A program made the position numbers and the translations under genes. 32,000 nucleotides of DNA, taken from Desulfocapsa sulfexigens DSM 10523. Its GTDB lineage: Bacteria; Desulfobacterota; Desulfobulbia; Desulfobulbales; Desulfocapsaceae. This document shows, piece by piece, positions 9,485 through 19,218 of the stretch. Where the stretch lies: positions 1,170,001 to 1,202,000 of the forward strand of contig NC_020304.1 in assembly GCF_000341395.1 (NCBI RefSeq). Reading direction: 5' to 3'. Under the pieces are notes generated by a model that ran no database searches, was not told the DNA's origin, and saw only the letters and a program-made list of their open reading frames with translations. Numbering within the stretch: the first letter of the stretch is position 1; the number at the start of each line of letters is the position of its first letter.

Positions 9485-9663
9485 AACTTTTCCGACCTGA
9501 GTTGCCTTGCCAGAATGTCAGTACAAATAAAGAAGAACACTAAAACTCTGTACGATGGCACATTATTATCTTGAGATATAAAACAGACACTACTTTCTTA
9601 TAGATTAATCTTAATAAACTGAAGTTTAGGGTTTCACATAATAAACCATCATCCTGATGGAGG

Positions 9664-10095
9664 CTAATGATTTTCCGTTAAATTGTTCTCTGACATAAAA
9701 CCATAAAGGTTTTTCATCTCATCTTCATCACTTGGCGGTGGATTTGCATCAACTAATGGCCGGAATATTCGGCACTTCGGGTTCCACCATGTCCTAATTC
9801 GAACATTACCTAAAATCATTTGCAGCCCCAGACGCATACGGCCTGCGGTGACCTGACTTGCTTTTCTCCAGAGAGTCAGCTCCATTAAGTTCTGGACCTG
9901 CTCACCACAATAGTTTACCGACAACTTCAGGAGAGTGGCCCTGAACAATTCTACCATGGCTTCAAGCCATGATTTTATGGCGGTATCATAAAAAGAATCG
10001 TAGTTGTTCAGGAACCACCAACCTCCATACGATCGGACTGTCTCACATATAAGTAACTTCCAACCACGAGGTAAGAGCCTCACGGTGAATTTCAC
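9664..10095 (-). CDS. Hypothetical protein
   Basis: 143-aa open frame not explained by a better frame; no family recognised. Confidence 0.3.
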   Translation of the reverse strand: MKFTVRLLPRGWKLLICETVRSYGGWWFLNNYDSFYDTAIKSWLEAMVELFRATLLKLSVNYCGEQVQNLMELTLWRKASQVTAGRMRLGLQMILGNVRIRTWWNPKCRIFRPLVDANPPPSDEDEMKNLYGFMSENNLTENH

Positions 10096-10136
10096 TATTC
10101 ACGAAAAGGCCTCGGGCCGGTGACCAAAAAACTTTC

Positions 10137-10466
10137 TCAACAGCCGCAAGATCCACCACGGCTCAGTTTCTTTTCGGAAGTTACAGAAAAACCACCGCTG
10201 CCACTCCCACCACCGCAGCCGCAACTGGAAGCATTAATGAAATCGACTTTAATGGCGCCGGTGGTATCAAATACTGCATCGGCAACCAAAAAGGTGACCC
10301 CGTCTTCCTCAAACACCTTGTCTGAATCTTTTTTGTCATCCAGTCCAAGACCCAGGCTTGTTCCGGAACAACTGCTCTGCATAATCACCCGGACGGCTGA
10401 GTTGATGTCGTTTTGTTCCAAATATTCCTTGAGGTTTTTAATTGCTGATTCTGTCACTTGAAGCAT
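10137..10466 (-). CDS. IscA/HesB-like Fe-S biogenesis-type protein with Gly/Cys-rich C-terminus
   Basis: MLQVTESAIKNLKEYLEQNDINSAVRVIMQSSCSGTSLGLGLDDKKDSDKVFEEDGVTFLVA... with ASSCGCGGGSG and a terminal GGSCGC. Confidence 0.75.
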   Translation of the reverse strand: MLQVTESAIKNLKEYLEQNDINSAVRVIMQSSCSGTSLGLGLDDKKDSDKVFEEDGVTFLVADAVFDTTGAIKVDFINASSCGCGGGSGSGGFSVTSEKKLSRGGSCGC

Positions 10467-10588
10467 GATATTCTCCTTTTTTTCGTTGTAATGGACTGTT
10501 TTGCCCACTAATTTTATTTTTGAGAAAATTCATCGATGAATTTTCTCATTGTAAATTTTAGTCAACCTTCACTATTCAACAGTGCTGT

Positions 10589-11197
10589 TCATGGAAGCGA
10601 TGCTCCTATCAACTCAGTCAAGACCTTGTCGCACTTCTCATGAACCAATCCGGCAATGGTTGGGCGCGAGAAATCCCCTTTTTTTATCATCTCTTTGGAT
10701 GCCTTAATCAGGTTCATTCTGAGCTTGCGATCTTTGGCCGTGGTCGCTGCCAAGGCCAGTTTTTTACGCAATACTGTTGGATCGATGCCTTCGCTTGTTC
10801 CCAGCGGCCCCAAACTTGCAACATGTTCTGTGAACTGAGTAATGATTTTAACAAAATTCGAACCTTCTGCGGCCGAGGCCCATTCAATGAGGAATCGCTG
10901 GCTGTTAACTCCCAGCCTGGCCAGGGTTTCATGAACCAGGGCGGCGGTGACCAAGGCATGATAATTACCGTCCTGATAATGGCACTCACCGGGATGACAG
11001 CCACCGACAAAGATGGCGTCGGCACCCTGAGCCAGCCCTTCCAGGGGAAAGGAGGGATCAAGTCTGCCGGAGCACATCATTCGAATGACCCGGAGATTTG
11101 GAGGGTACTGGTAACGGCCGACTCCCGCCGAATCAGCGGCAGTATAACAGCACCAGTTGCAGAGGAATCCTAGAATTTTTGGTTGGTAATTTGACAT
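10589..11197 (-). CDS. MvhD/FrhD-type hydrogenase delta (iron-sulfur) subunit-like protein
   Basis: ILGFLCNWCCYTAADSAGVGRYQYPPNLRVIRMMCSGRLDPSF and GADAIFVGGCHPGECHYQDGNYHA are characteristic. Confidence 0.88.
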   Translation of the reverse strand: MSNYQPKILGFLCNWCCYTAADSAGVGRYQYPPNLRVIRMMCSGRLDPSFPLEGLAQGADAIFVGGCHPGECHYQDGNYHALVTAALVHETLARLGVNSQRFLIEWASAAEGSNFVKIITQFTEHVASLGPLGTSEGIDPTVLRKKLALAATTAKDRKLRMNLIKASKEMIKKGDFSRPTIAGLVHEKCDKVLTELIGASLP

Positions 11198-11372
11198 TGT
11201 GTGCTCCAATACGAAATACTTTTCAATCCGAAAAGTCGTCGATGATGTTTATGAACAATTGAGACTGGATTGGGTATCAAACCCACAATGCATACCTTTA
11301 CAGGCGGAAGCATCACGGTTTAAAGCCAGTGCCGCTCACCAGTAAGGATTTCCAGTCTTTCGTGCGCATCCC

Positions 11373-14300
11373 CTAAACGCTCTTGCCAAAGGCACTGACC
11401 TGGGCCATGATGCCATCAAAAGTAAAGCGTCCCATATCGATAGCCATGGTCGGACAGCGGGCGGCGCACACTCCGCAGCCCTTACAGGAAGCGGTTAAAG
11501 TCTGGGCCTTGCGGGGCTTAACCTCCTTGTTAATAGTAATGGCCTTATAGGGGCAAAAAGTCTCACAGGCCCCGCAGCCGATACACAAATAAGGATCGAC
11601 ATGGGAGACGATGGGCTCAGGAGAGATCGATCCATTGGCCAGGGGGTGGCAGGCCCGACCGGCCGCTGCCTGGGCCTGGGCAATGGTCTCATCCATCGAT
11701 TTAGGGGCATGGGCCAGACCGCAGACAAAGATCCCGTCCACCGCCATATCAACCGGCCGCAGCTTGACGTGAGCCTCCAAATAAAATTTGTCGGCGGTAA
11801 CCGGAACTTTGAGCATCCTTGACAAGATCGACGGATCTTCAGGCACAATGCCCACTGACAGCACCAGCAGATCGGTATCCAGTTCCACTTCTTCGCCCAG
11901 TAGCGGATCGTAGCCAACTACCTTCAACGGGCTTGATTTACTTCGGCCTGGAGTGACTTTTGGTGGATTATCAGGAGAATAACGGATAAAGATCACACCC
12001 AGTTCACGGGCCCGACGGTAATCATCCTCCATGAATCCGTAGGCCCGCATATCGCGGTAAAAAACAAAGATAGTGAGATCGGGGTTTATGGTCTTGAGAC
12101 GGATAGCGTTCTTCAAGGCCTGGCCGCAACAGACCCGGCTGCAGTATGCCAGATCAGCGCCCCGTGAGCCCACACATTGGATCATCACCACCTGCTTCGT
12201 CTTTGCTGAAAGCGGACGACCGGAAGCCAACCGCTGCTCCAGCTCCAGCTGGGTCAATACCCGCTCGGACTGGCCATAAAGATATTGCTCGGGTTTATAG
12301 GGCTTGCCGCCTGTGGCGATCACCATAATCCCGTGGTTAACCACCTCACTGCCAGCCTTCCTGGTAATGGTGGTGGTGAAATTGCCCACATAACCGGAGA
12401 CACTGGCCACCGTTGCTCCGGAATAAACGTGAATTCGGGAATGGGTTTTCACCTTGTGAACCAGATCCGCAATGGTCTTACGCGGATCGCCACCAAAACG
12501 GTCGGCGCTGAGTAACAGAGTCGCCCCTCCCAGGGTGTCCTCCTGTTCAACCAAAGTCGTAAGAAATCCCTGCTCAGCAATGGTCAACGCTGCAGTCATC
12601 CCCGCCAATCCACCACCAATGACAAGGGCTGATGGGGTAACCGGCAACCGTTGTTCCGGAAGGGCAGTGAGGTGGGCAGCCTTGGCCACAGCCATGCGCA
12701 CCAGATCTTTGGCCTTAGCGGTGGCCGCTTCGGGCTCGTGCATATGGACCCAGGAACATTGATCACGGATATTAGCCATCTCGAACAAGGCACGGTTCAG
12801 GCCTGCATCCCGCAAAGTAGTCTGAAAAAGAGGTTCATGGGTACGCGGGGTGCAGGCAGAAACGACGATACGGTTGAGTCGGTGTTCACGGATGATGTTG
12901 ACAAGATGCTGCTGGGTGTCCTGAGAACAAGAGTAGAGATTGTCGGTAGAATAAACCACGCCGGGCAGATCCCGGGCATAATCGCGAACTGCCCGAACAT
13001 CGACGACTCCTGCGATATTGATACCACAATGGCAGACAAAGACGCCGATACGGGGCTCCTCCCTGGAGATATCACGCTCCTCCGGGAACACGGCTTTGGT
13101 TATCTCCATGCCACGCGCTGTGACTAACTGGCCTGAACAAAGGGCGGCGGCCCCACCAGCCTGGGTAACTGAATCAGGGATATCTTTTGGCCCCTGAAAG
13201 GCACCGATCACATAGACACCGGGCCGGCTTGTGGCAAGGGGAGTGTAGTTGTTGGTCTGGGCAAAGAGGTAACTGTTCAGATCGATGCCGGCGGCCTGGC
13301 CAAGCTGCTCTGCATCGTCCGGCGACTCCAACCCCTGGGTGAGGACAACCATGTCGAACTTTTCGTAATGATGTTTGCCGTCCTCCGTGGCCCAGGTGAG
13401 CAACAGTCTACCGTCAAAGACATCCTCCACTTGCGGTGGCCGGGCGTATATCACCCTGAAGTTGTTTTCGAGAGTGGCCCGCTCTCTTGCTGCATCAAAG
13501 CCTTTGCCGTGGGTGCGGATATCCATGTAAAAAAGAGTGATTTCAGCGCTGGGATCATGCTCGCGGGCAAGGGTTGCCTGCTTGATGGCGTACATACAGC
13601 AGACCGAGGAGCAATAGTTATTACCGCAGTTCTGATCGCGGGAACCGATACACTGGATAAAGGCGATCTTTTTGGGGTGTTTTTTGTCAGAGGGACGGAG
13701 AATCGCACCACCGGTGGGCCCGGATGCACACATCAGCCGTTCGTGCTCAAAGGCACTGAGCACATCCGCGAACTTGCCCCAGCCATAGCGGCCAAGAACC
13801 TCTTTGCTGGTCCGGCCAAATCCTGGTGCCAGGATGACGGAACCAATAGCGAGATCTAAAATCTCTTCCTTCTGGTCAAAACGGATTGCCTTGGCCTGGC
13901 AGGCAACGGCACAGAGGCCGCAGGTCTGGTAATTGAGCATGAAACAGGCTTTCGCATCAATATAATAGCTTGTAGGCACGGCCTGGGCATAATCGATATG
14001 AGCGGCGTTCGAGATCCCGAGGTTCTCGTTATAATCATCGTCAATCTGCTTGAGGCAGTAGAGAGTACACTGGCCACAACCGGTGCATATCTCTTCGTCG
14101 ATATACCGAGGCTCTTTTCTGATCCTGGCGGTAAAATTACCGGGAACGCCGTCGAGTGAGATCAATTCCGACTTGGTCAGGATCTCGATATTGGGATCGC
14201 GACCCGCCTCTACCAGCTTTGGGGCGAGAATGCAGAGCGAGCAGTCGTTGGTGGGAAAGGTCTTGTCTAATCGGGCCATAACCCCGCCGATGGCACCGGA

Positions 14301-14435
14301 TTTTTCAACCAGATAGACTTTGAGACCAAGTTCGGTGAGATCGAGTGCGGCCTGAACACCAGCCACCCCGCCACCCACCACGAGAACCGCCCCGACTGTT
14401 TTCAAAGCGGAAGGAGTGGGAATAGAAGCGCGCAT
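11373..14435 (-). CDS. hdrA: HdrA-like (heterodisulfide reductase subunit A) protein with two FAD-binding modules and multiple Fe-S motifs
   Basis: VLVVGGGVAGVQAALDL and ALVIGGGLAGMTAALTI Rossmann motifs; ICTGCGQCTLYC; GVFVCHCGINIAGVVD; C-terminal CIGCGACETFCPYKAI and CKGCGVCAARCPTMAI. Confidence 0.88.
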   Translation of the reverse strand: MRASIPTPSALKTVGAVLVVGGGVAGVQAALDLTELGLKVYLVEKSGAIGGVMARLDKTFPTNDCSLCILAPKLVEAGRDPNIEILTKSELISLDGVPGNFTARIRKEPRYIDEEICTGCGQCTLYCLKQIDDDYNENLGISNAAHIDYAQAVPTSYYIDAKACFMLNYQTCGLCAVACQAKAIRFDQKEEILDLAIGSVILAPGFGRTSKEVLGRYGWGKFADVLSAFEHERLMCASGPTGGAILRPSDKKHPKKIAFIQCIGSRDQNCGNNYCSSVCCMYAIKQATLAREHDPSAEITLFYMDIRTHGKGFDAARERATLENNFRVIYARPPQVEDVFDGRLLLTWATEDGKHHYEKFDMVVLTQGLESPDDAEQLGQAAGIDLNSYLFAQTNNYTPLATSRPGVYVIGAFQGPKDIPDSVTQAGGAAALCSGQLVTARGMEITKAVFPEERDISREEPRIGVFVCHCGINIAGVVDVRAVRDYARDLPGVVYSTDNLYSCSQDTQQHLVNIIREHRLNRIVVSACTPRTHEPLFQTTLRDAGLNRALFEMANIRDQCSWVHMHEPEAATAKAKDLVRMAVAKAAHLTALPEQRLPVTPSALVIGGGLAGMTAALTIAEQGFLTTLVEQEDTLGGATLLLSADRFGGDPRKTIADLVHKVKTHSRIHVYSGATVASVSGYVGNFTTTITRKAGSEVVNHGIMVIATGGKPYKPEQYLYGQSERVLTQLELEQRLASGRPLSAKTKQVVMIQCVGSRGADLAYCSRVCCGQALKNAIRLKTINPDLTIFVFYRDMRAYGFMEDDYRRARELGVIFIRYSPDNPPKVTPGRSKSSPLKVVGYDPLLGEEVELDTDLLVLSVGIVPEDPSILSRMLKVPVTADKFYLEAHVKLRPVDMAVDGIFVCGLAHAPKSMDETIAQAQAAAGRACHPLANGSISPEPIVSHVDPYLCIGCGACETFCPYKAITINKEVKPRKAQTLTASCKGCGVCAARCPTMAIDMGRFTFDGIMAQVSAFGKSV

Positions 14436-14975
14436 AGCTCCTCCTTTACTGTACGTTATACCGGAAAATTAATTCCAGATCTGCTGCGACTCTCTGCAAT
14501 CAGCCGCGAACAACGTCAGTAAACAAGGAAGGAACTACCTGGTTAAAGCCTGAGACCGTTCATGGGGGACAGAAGAGTCGCAATATCGTCCATCCCAAAC
14601 TGGGACGGCCGGCTTGTGCCGAAGTATTGCTCAGATATGGGGCAATCTGTGTTTCAAAATGACTCTCCGTGAAGATAGGTAAAAATGTTGTAACACCCTG
14701 CGTGTAGTGCAAGACTTTAATATACTAGATTTTTTCTATGTAATCGATTTCTTTAAATGTGGCAACCCGAAAAAGCACCCGAAGAATTCGCTTCCGGTCA
14801 AGAAAATATCCAAGGGGACATCATATAAATACTAGTAAAAAACTTTCCGGGAGAAGCGGCTCACTCAATTTACGACCAAGCATATCTCTCATCTATTCAG
14901 GAAACTTTATAAAGTGTTATCATAGCTTTTCAGCATAACTCTCTTCATTCAACCTGTAATTTTCACACGACTCCG

Positions 14976-14999
14976 AAAAATCACCTGGTTGGGTGATTT
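14976..14999 (-). terminator. Rho-independent terminator for the minus-strand gene ending at 15022
   Basis: AAATCACC (14978-14985) and GGTGATTT (14992-14999) form a perfect 8-bp stem with a 6-nt loop; on the minus strand a short T tract follows. Confidence 0.7.
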
Positions 15000-15021
15000 G
15001 CTGACCAGCCACAACCAACTG

Positions 15022-15960
15022 CTAATAAAAGAGGCTCGGATTCATAGCAGCAGAGAAAAAGAAACGGGCCGGCCTGATTGTTTGTGCTGCGTCAAAGAGA
15101 TACGCGTTTCCTTTAGCATCCAGCATTGGAATGTGCAGGTTTTTTGTTGCCATCAATCGTTCAGGGACAAAATACATATCGTGCATCACTTTATTCTGCA
15201 GGAAATGTCGTACTTGCTCAGCATCTATTCCAAGGCGTCCCTGAATTGTCTGAAATCCATCAAGTACCTTGTCATACTGCAGGCTAAGTATTCCATGACT
15301 TAAATTGCCATAAGGTGCCTGCTGAAGGTCTTTATAACCATACCTCCCTGGATAAGAGCTCTCCTTAATCTTCTCTATTTGTTTAGATGCATTCCCAGTC
15401 CAGAGAATCGTATTGAGGCCAAACTGTTCTTTTTTGTTCTGTATAGCCAGTAAAACAGCACCAGTTCGAAATTTATCCCCTCCTTGGAATCCCAGTGCAT
15501 CATTTTCAGTGATAATATGAAATGTATCAATCTGCGCTGCTATGGTACCCGTCGGCTGAGAGGTAGAAATTTGATCAACATAATAGTTGTAGGCATAGGC
15601 CAGACTGTATTTCTTGCCGGTTTGATTGCCGACTGAAGTAACAAAACGATTTTCCCACTTCTGCTCTTCCCCCCAGGCCAAAAGCCCCCCAAGACTGACC
15701 ACAGCCTCCGAACCAGATTGAGATGGCCCCAAAGATGTAAAATTATAATACCAGCGGGCATGCAGATTCAGTTGCCCTCTATCACGTATTACGTAGCCCC
15801 CTAGAGTTAATCCCAGCCGGTTTATAGCTGAACCAAAGCTGAAAGTAACCCCGATCTTACCGCCGCAATTTGAGTTTTGACCTGACTGCCCGTAAACAGG
15901 ACCACTACTAATAAGTATGCCTGCAATCCCAATTACGAATAGTCTAAACAGTCTTTGCAT
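15022..15960 (-). CDS. Secreted protein resembling the polymorphic toxin type 23 (Ntox23-like) family
   Basis: Signal peptide MQRLFRLFVIGIAGILISSGPVYG/Q; body LGLTLGGYVIRDRGQLNLHARWYYNFTSLGP...NDALGFQGGDKFRTGAVLL...LGIDAEQVRHFLQNKVMHDMYFVPE...LHIPMLDAKGNAYLFDAAQTIRPARFFFSAAMNPSLFY. Confidence 0.5.
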   Translation of the reverse strand: MQRLFRLFVIGIAGILISSGPVYGQSGQNSNCGGKIGVTFSFGSAINRLGLTLGGYVIRDRGQLNLHARWYYNFTSLGPSQSGSEAVVSLGGLLAWGEEQKWENRFVTSVGNQTGKKYSLAYAYNYYVDQISTSQPTGTIAAQIDTFHIITENDALGFQGGDKFRTGAVLLAIQNKKEQFGLNTILWTGNASKQIEKIKESSYPGRYGYKDLQQAPYGNLSHGILSLQYDKVLDGFQTIQGRLGIDAEQVRHFLQNKVMHDMYFVPERLMATKNLHIPMLDAKGNAYLFDAAQTIRPARFFFSAAMNPSLFY

Positions 15961-16173
15961 AAAGTGATATGAATTTGCTTCTCGGTGAGAGAATAAGAAT
16001 TCGCTTTCCATTAGGAAAGTACTAAGGGGAAAAACAAGCCTTCAGTCACTCAGATTTCCACCCAAACCATAAAAAGCACCCTATTATATTCCCCTTATAC
16101 CTGCTACATCAAATAATCATTACAGAGGTTCATCCAATATTCCATTATCTTATTGTATTTCCACAGAGGTGTC

Positions 16174-16234
16174 CTTTTAAATCATCACCGGCATCAATCG
16201 GTACCGTAAACCGGCTCATCGTTACCGGGCCAAG
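16174..16234 (-). repeat. Copy B of the 61-bp dispersed intergenic repeat
   Basis: Matches 5213-5273 at a constant offset with no gaps, 50/61 identities. Confidence 0.65.
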
Positions 16235-16423
16235 CCGTGCTGTAGCGAGAAAGAACTGCCGGCTGCCACTTTACACAAGACAGTGAGAACTTGAAGCCCT
16301 CTACCAACATTTAAATCAGTATCATCTCCCCTATTTTTTTCTCTTATGATATTGTTTTCCCAGCTGGAATAAGATAAACAGAGCGAATACTCCTCATGTT
16401 GTTAGACAAAAAGAGAATGTAGA

Positions 16424-17761
16424 ATGAATATCTTACTTTATGGTGCAACAGAGCTTGGCTATATGCTGGCGAAGCGACTCTATCTGGAGCATAGTGTTAC
16501 TCTCATTGACGACCTGAAAAGGATGCCGGACAAATTTAATAATCTGGATCTCAGTTTCGTCGGTGGGAGTGGTGCTGATATTGATGCCCTGGAACAGGCC
16601 GATGTGAAGAAATGTGAACTGTTCATTGCCTGTTCCGGTCTTGATGAAGCCAATATTGTTGCCTGCTGGACAGTAAAAAAAATCGTGGATATTGAGACAA
16701 TTTGTTTTATTCGTACCATGGAACTCTACAGGAATCTTGCTTCCCCAAAACAGGATCGTTATCTGACCAGATACGATATTAATACCATCATCTGGCCGGA
16801 ACAATTACTTACCCAAGATATTTTTCGTATCATTTCTGTCCCCGAAGCCATTGATGTGGAATATTTTGCAGAAGGCCGGGCAAAGCTTTTTGAATACCGC
16901 ATCAAGGAAGATTCCGTCCTGTGCGACCACCGTGTCATGGATTGTTCTTTTCCTCCAGATGTACTTATTGTCGGCATCACACGTGAAAACCAGCTTTTTA
17001 TCCCAAATGGTTCTACTATCATCCTGGAGGATGATAAAATTATTTTCATGGGTACAAATTCTGCCCTCGATAGTCTGGCGGCAACAATATTTCAATCAAC
17101 TGAAGTCACGAAGACTGCTGTCCTCATAGGTGGAGGCAGTGTTGGTTTCATGTTGGCCCAGAAACTGGAACAGACTGGAATCCGAGTGAAAATCATTGAA
17201 CATGATCAGGCGCGATGTGAATTTCTGGCAGACAACTTGAAAAAAAGTCTCATACTCCATGGAGATGGGACAGACTTGGAACTACTAGAAGGGGAAAGCG
17301 TAGATAATGCTGACGTTGTTGTCTGTATCACCAATAATGATGAAAAAAACCTTCTCTGCTCACTTCTTGTCAAACAGCTTGCCCCCACCCGACGAATTAT
17401 CACCAGGGTTAAGGATGCTAGAACCGGTCAACTCTTTGAGAAGGTAGGCATTGATGTTACTGTATCTCCGCGGGACTCGGCACTCAAAGAACTTCTCAAT
17501 CGTGTGCAAGCAAGAAACGTAGACATCCTGGCGCTGGTAGAAGGAGGACAGGGGGAAGTATTGCGTCTGACTTTGCCTGAAAATTTCCCCGAAACAAAAG
17601 TTATTGATCTCAAATTTGAGGTCCAGGCAATTATAGGGATTGTCAAGCGGGGGCGGAGTCTTCTCATTCCCACTGGTAACACCGTTTTACAAGCCGGAGA
17701 TCAAATAAAGGTCTTCACCATGGCAGACGATGCCGAAATCGTAAAAATGCTCTTTTCCTGA
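16424..17761 (+). CDS. trkA: Trk potassium uptake system NAD-binding regulatory protein
   Basis: Two RCK-N modules (MNILLYGATELGYMLAKRLYLEHSVTLIDD; TAVLIGGGSVGFMLAQKLEQTGIRVKIIEHD) and C-terminal TrkA-C-like segments. Confidence 0.9.
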   Translation: MNILLYGATELGYMLAKRLYLEHSVTLIDDLKRMPDKFNNLDLSFVGGSGADIDALEQADVKKCELFIACSGLDEANIVACWTVKKIVDIETICFIRTMELYRNLASPKQDRYLTRYDINTIIWPEQLLTQDIFRIISVPEAIDVEYFAEGRAKLFEYRIKEDSVLCDHRVMDCSFPPDVLIVGITRENQLFIPNGSTIILEDDKIIFMGTNSALDSLAATIFQSTEVTKTAVLIGGGSVGFMLAQKLEQTGIRVKIIEHDQARCEFLADNLKKSLILHGDGTDLELLEGESVDNADVVVCITNNDEKNLLCSLLVKQLAPTRRIITRVKDARTGQLFEKVGIDVTVSPRDSALKELLNRVQARNVDILALVEGGQGEVLRLTLPENFPETKVIDLKFEVQAIIGIVKRGRSLLIPTGNTVLQAGDQIKVFTMADDAEIVKMLFS

Positions 17762-19218
17762 TGAAACTCAGTAATGTCCTTAATGCTCTTGGAATCATCC
17801 TTGTTGCCTTTGGTACAATCCTGCTGACTCCGATTGTGGTTGCTCTCGTTGAGCATGAATATAGCTCTGTTCTTCCTTTCATAACCGCAGCATCAACATC
17901 CATTGGGCTTGGCCTGCTATTCCAGAAATATGGTGGTTTCTCGAGAAATTTTGACGATCTTAAACGCAATGAAGGGCTGCTCATTGTCTCCCTTGCCTGG
18001 ATTGTTACAGCGGCTATGGGGGCGATCCCCTATCTTTTCTATGGCCTTTCTCCACTGGACGCCTATTTTGAGTCTGTATCCGGTATTACCACAACGGGTG
18101 CGACTATTCTCACTGATTTTTCCCTCTACCCCAAGGATTTCTTTTTCTGGCGTAGCCTCAGCCAATGGCTTGGTGGTATGGGGATTATCGTTTTATTTGT
18201 CGCTATCCTTCCACAATTTGCAGTGGCCGGCAGGCAAATATTTTTTGCAGAAGCACCAGGCCCCACTGAAGAAAAAGTGACCCCAAGAATTACCCATACG
18301 GCAAAGGCTCTCTGGCTGGTGTATCTCTTGTTGACTCTGTTGGAGATATTTTGTCTTGCTGCTGCCGGTATGCCTCTCTTTGATGCCACCTGCAATGCAC
18401 TTTCAACAATGGCAGCCGGGGGCTTTTCTCCCAACCCTTTGTCAATTATGGGCTATGAGAGCTCAACCGTTACCTGGATTATTACTTGTTTTATGTTTTT
18501 GGCAGGAAGTAACTTTGCTCTCCAGTACCGTTTTCTCATACAGGGAAAACCATTGCCCCTATTGAAAAATGAAGAGTTTCATTTCTACACTTCTATTGTA
18601 CTCTTTGTCTCGGTATGTCTCTGTATTGCGCTTCTTCTGGATGGCACAGCCACATTCCTTGATGCTGTCCGTGACAGTCTTTTTCAGATAGTATCTATTA
18701 TCACCACAGCCGGATTTTCATCAGCGGACTTTGCTCTTTGGAGTGTTACTGCTCAGACCATTCTTTTTACTGTGATGTTGGTGGGGGGCTGTGCCGGGTC
18801 AGCAGGAGGTGGAATAAAGGTTATCCGTGTGCTGTTTGGTCTGAAATATCTCAAACGTGAAATTACCCAGATTATCCATCCAAAAGCAGTTCTTCCTATT
18901 AAAATCGATCACAAGTCAGTAGCAGAAGATATTCAACGTCAGATTTTAGGGTTTCTTCTCTTTTATCTCGTACTGATGACCTTCTCTGCCCTTTTAGTGA
19001 CGATTATTGAAGGGGATGCTGCAGTTGGGATTGTAGGTACTGCCGCCACCATCGGCAATATCGGTCCAGGCTATGGGGAAATTGGTCCCATGGGAAGTTT
19101 TGGGGGGCTATCAATACTGACCAAAATTATCTTCATTCTCAACATGATCGTTGGTCGCCTGGAACTAATCCCCTTTTTAGCCATGCTGCATCCTGATTTT
19201 TGGAACTTTAGAAGGTGA
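17761..19218 (+). CDS. trkH: Trk-type potassium transporter membrane subunit
   Basis: SGITTTGATILTD, QWLGGMGIIVL, FMLAGSNFALQYR, ITTAGFSSADF and CAGSAGGGIKVIR pore/filter motifs; start overlaps the trkA stop. Confidence 0.92.
   Translation: MKLSNVLNALGIILVAFGTILLTPIVVALVEHEYSSVLPFITAASTSIGLGLLFQKYGGFSRNFDDLKRNEGLLIVSLAWIVTAAMGAIPYLFYGLSPLDAYFESVSGITTTGATILTDFSLYPKDFFFWRSLSQWLGGMGIIVLFVAILPQFAVAGRQIFFAEAPGPTEEKVTPRITHTAKALWLVYLLLTLLEIFCLAAAGMPLFDATCNALSTMAAGGFSPNPLSIMGYESSTVTWIITCFMFLAGSNFALQYRFLIQGKPLPLLKNEEFHFYTSIVLFVSVCLCIALLLDGTATFLDAVRDSLFQIVSIITTAGFSSADFALWSVTAQTILFTVMLVGGCAGSAGGGIKVIRVLFGLKYLKREITQIIHPKAVLPIKIDHKSVAEDIQRQILGFLLFYLVLMTFSALLVTIIEGDAAVGIVGTAATIGNIGPGYGEIGPMGSFGGLSILTKIIFILNMIVGRLELIPFLAMLHPDFWNFRR

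Noticed and set aside
10120-10461. 113-aa plus-strand ORF opposite the IscA/HesB-like gene
   Set aside because: Fully antisense to a recognisable family member; composition looks like a shadow frame.
11495-13859. Overlapping ORFs within the hdrA region (for example 12651-13127 +, 13368-13859 +, 11495-11917 -)
   Set aside because: They lie in alternative frames of a strongly supported 1020-aa protein with Fe-S and FAD motifs; typical of high-GC shadow frames.
14989-15303. Possible small immunity gene opposite the toxin-like gene
   Set aside because: The 104-aa ORF is antisense, overlaps the terminator and coding region, and has no immunity-like features.
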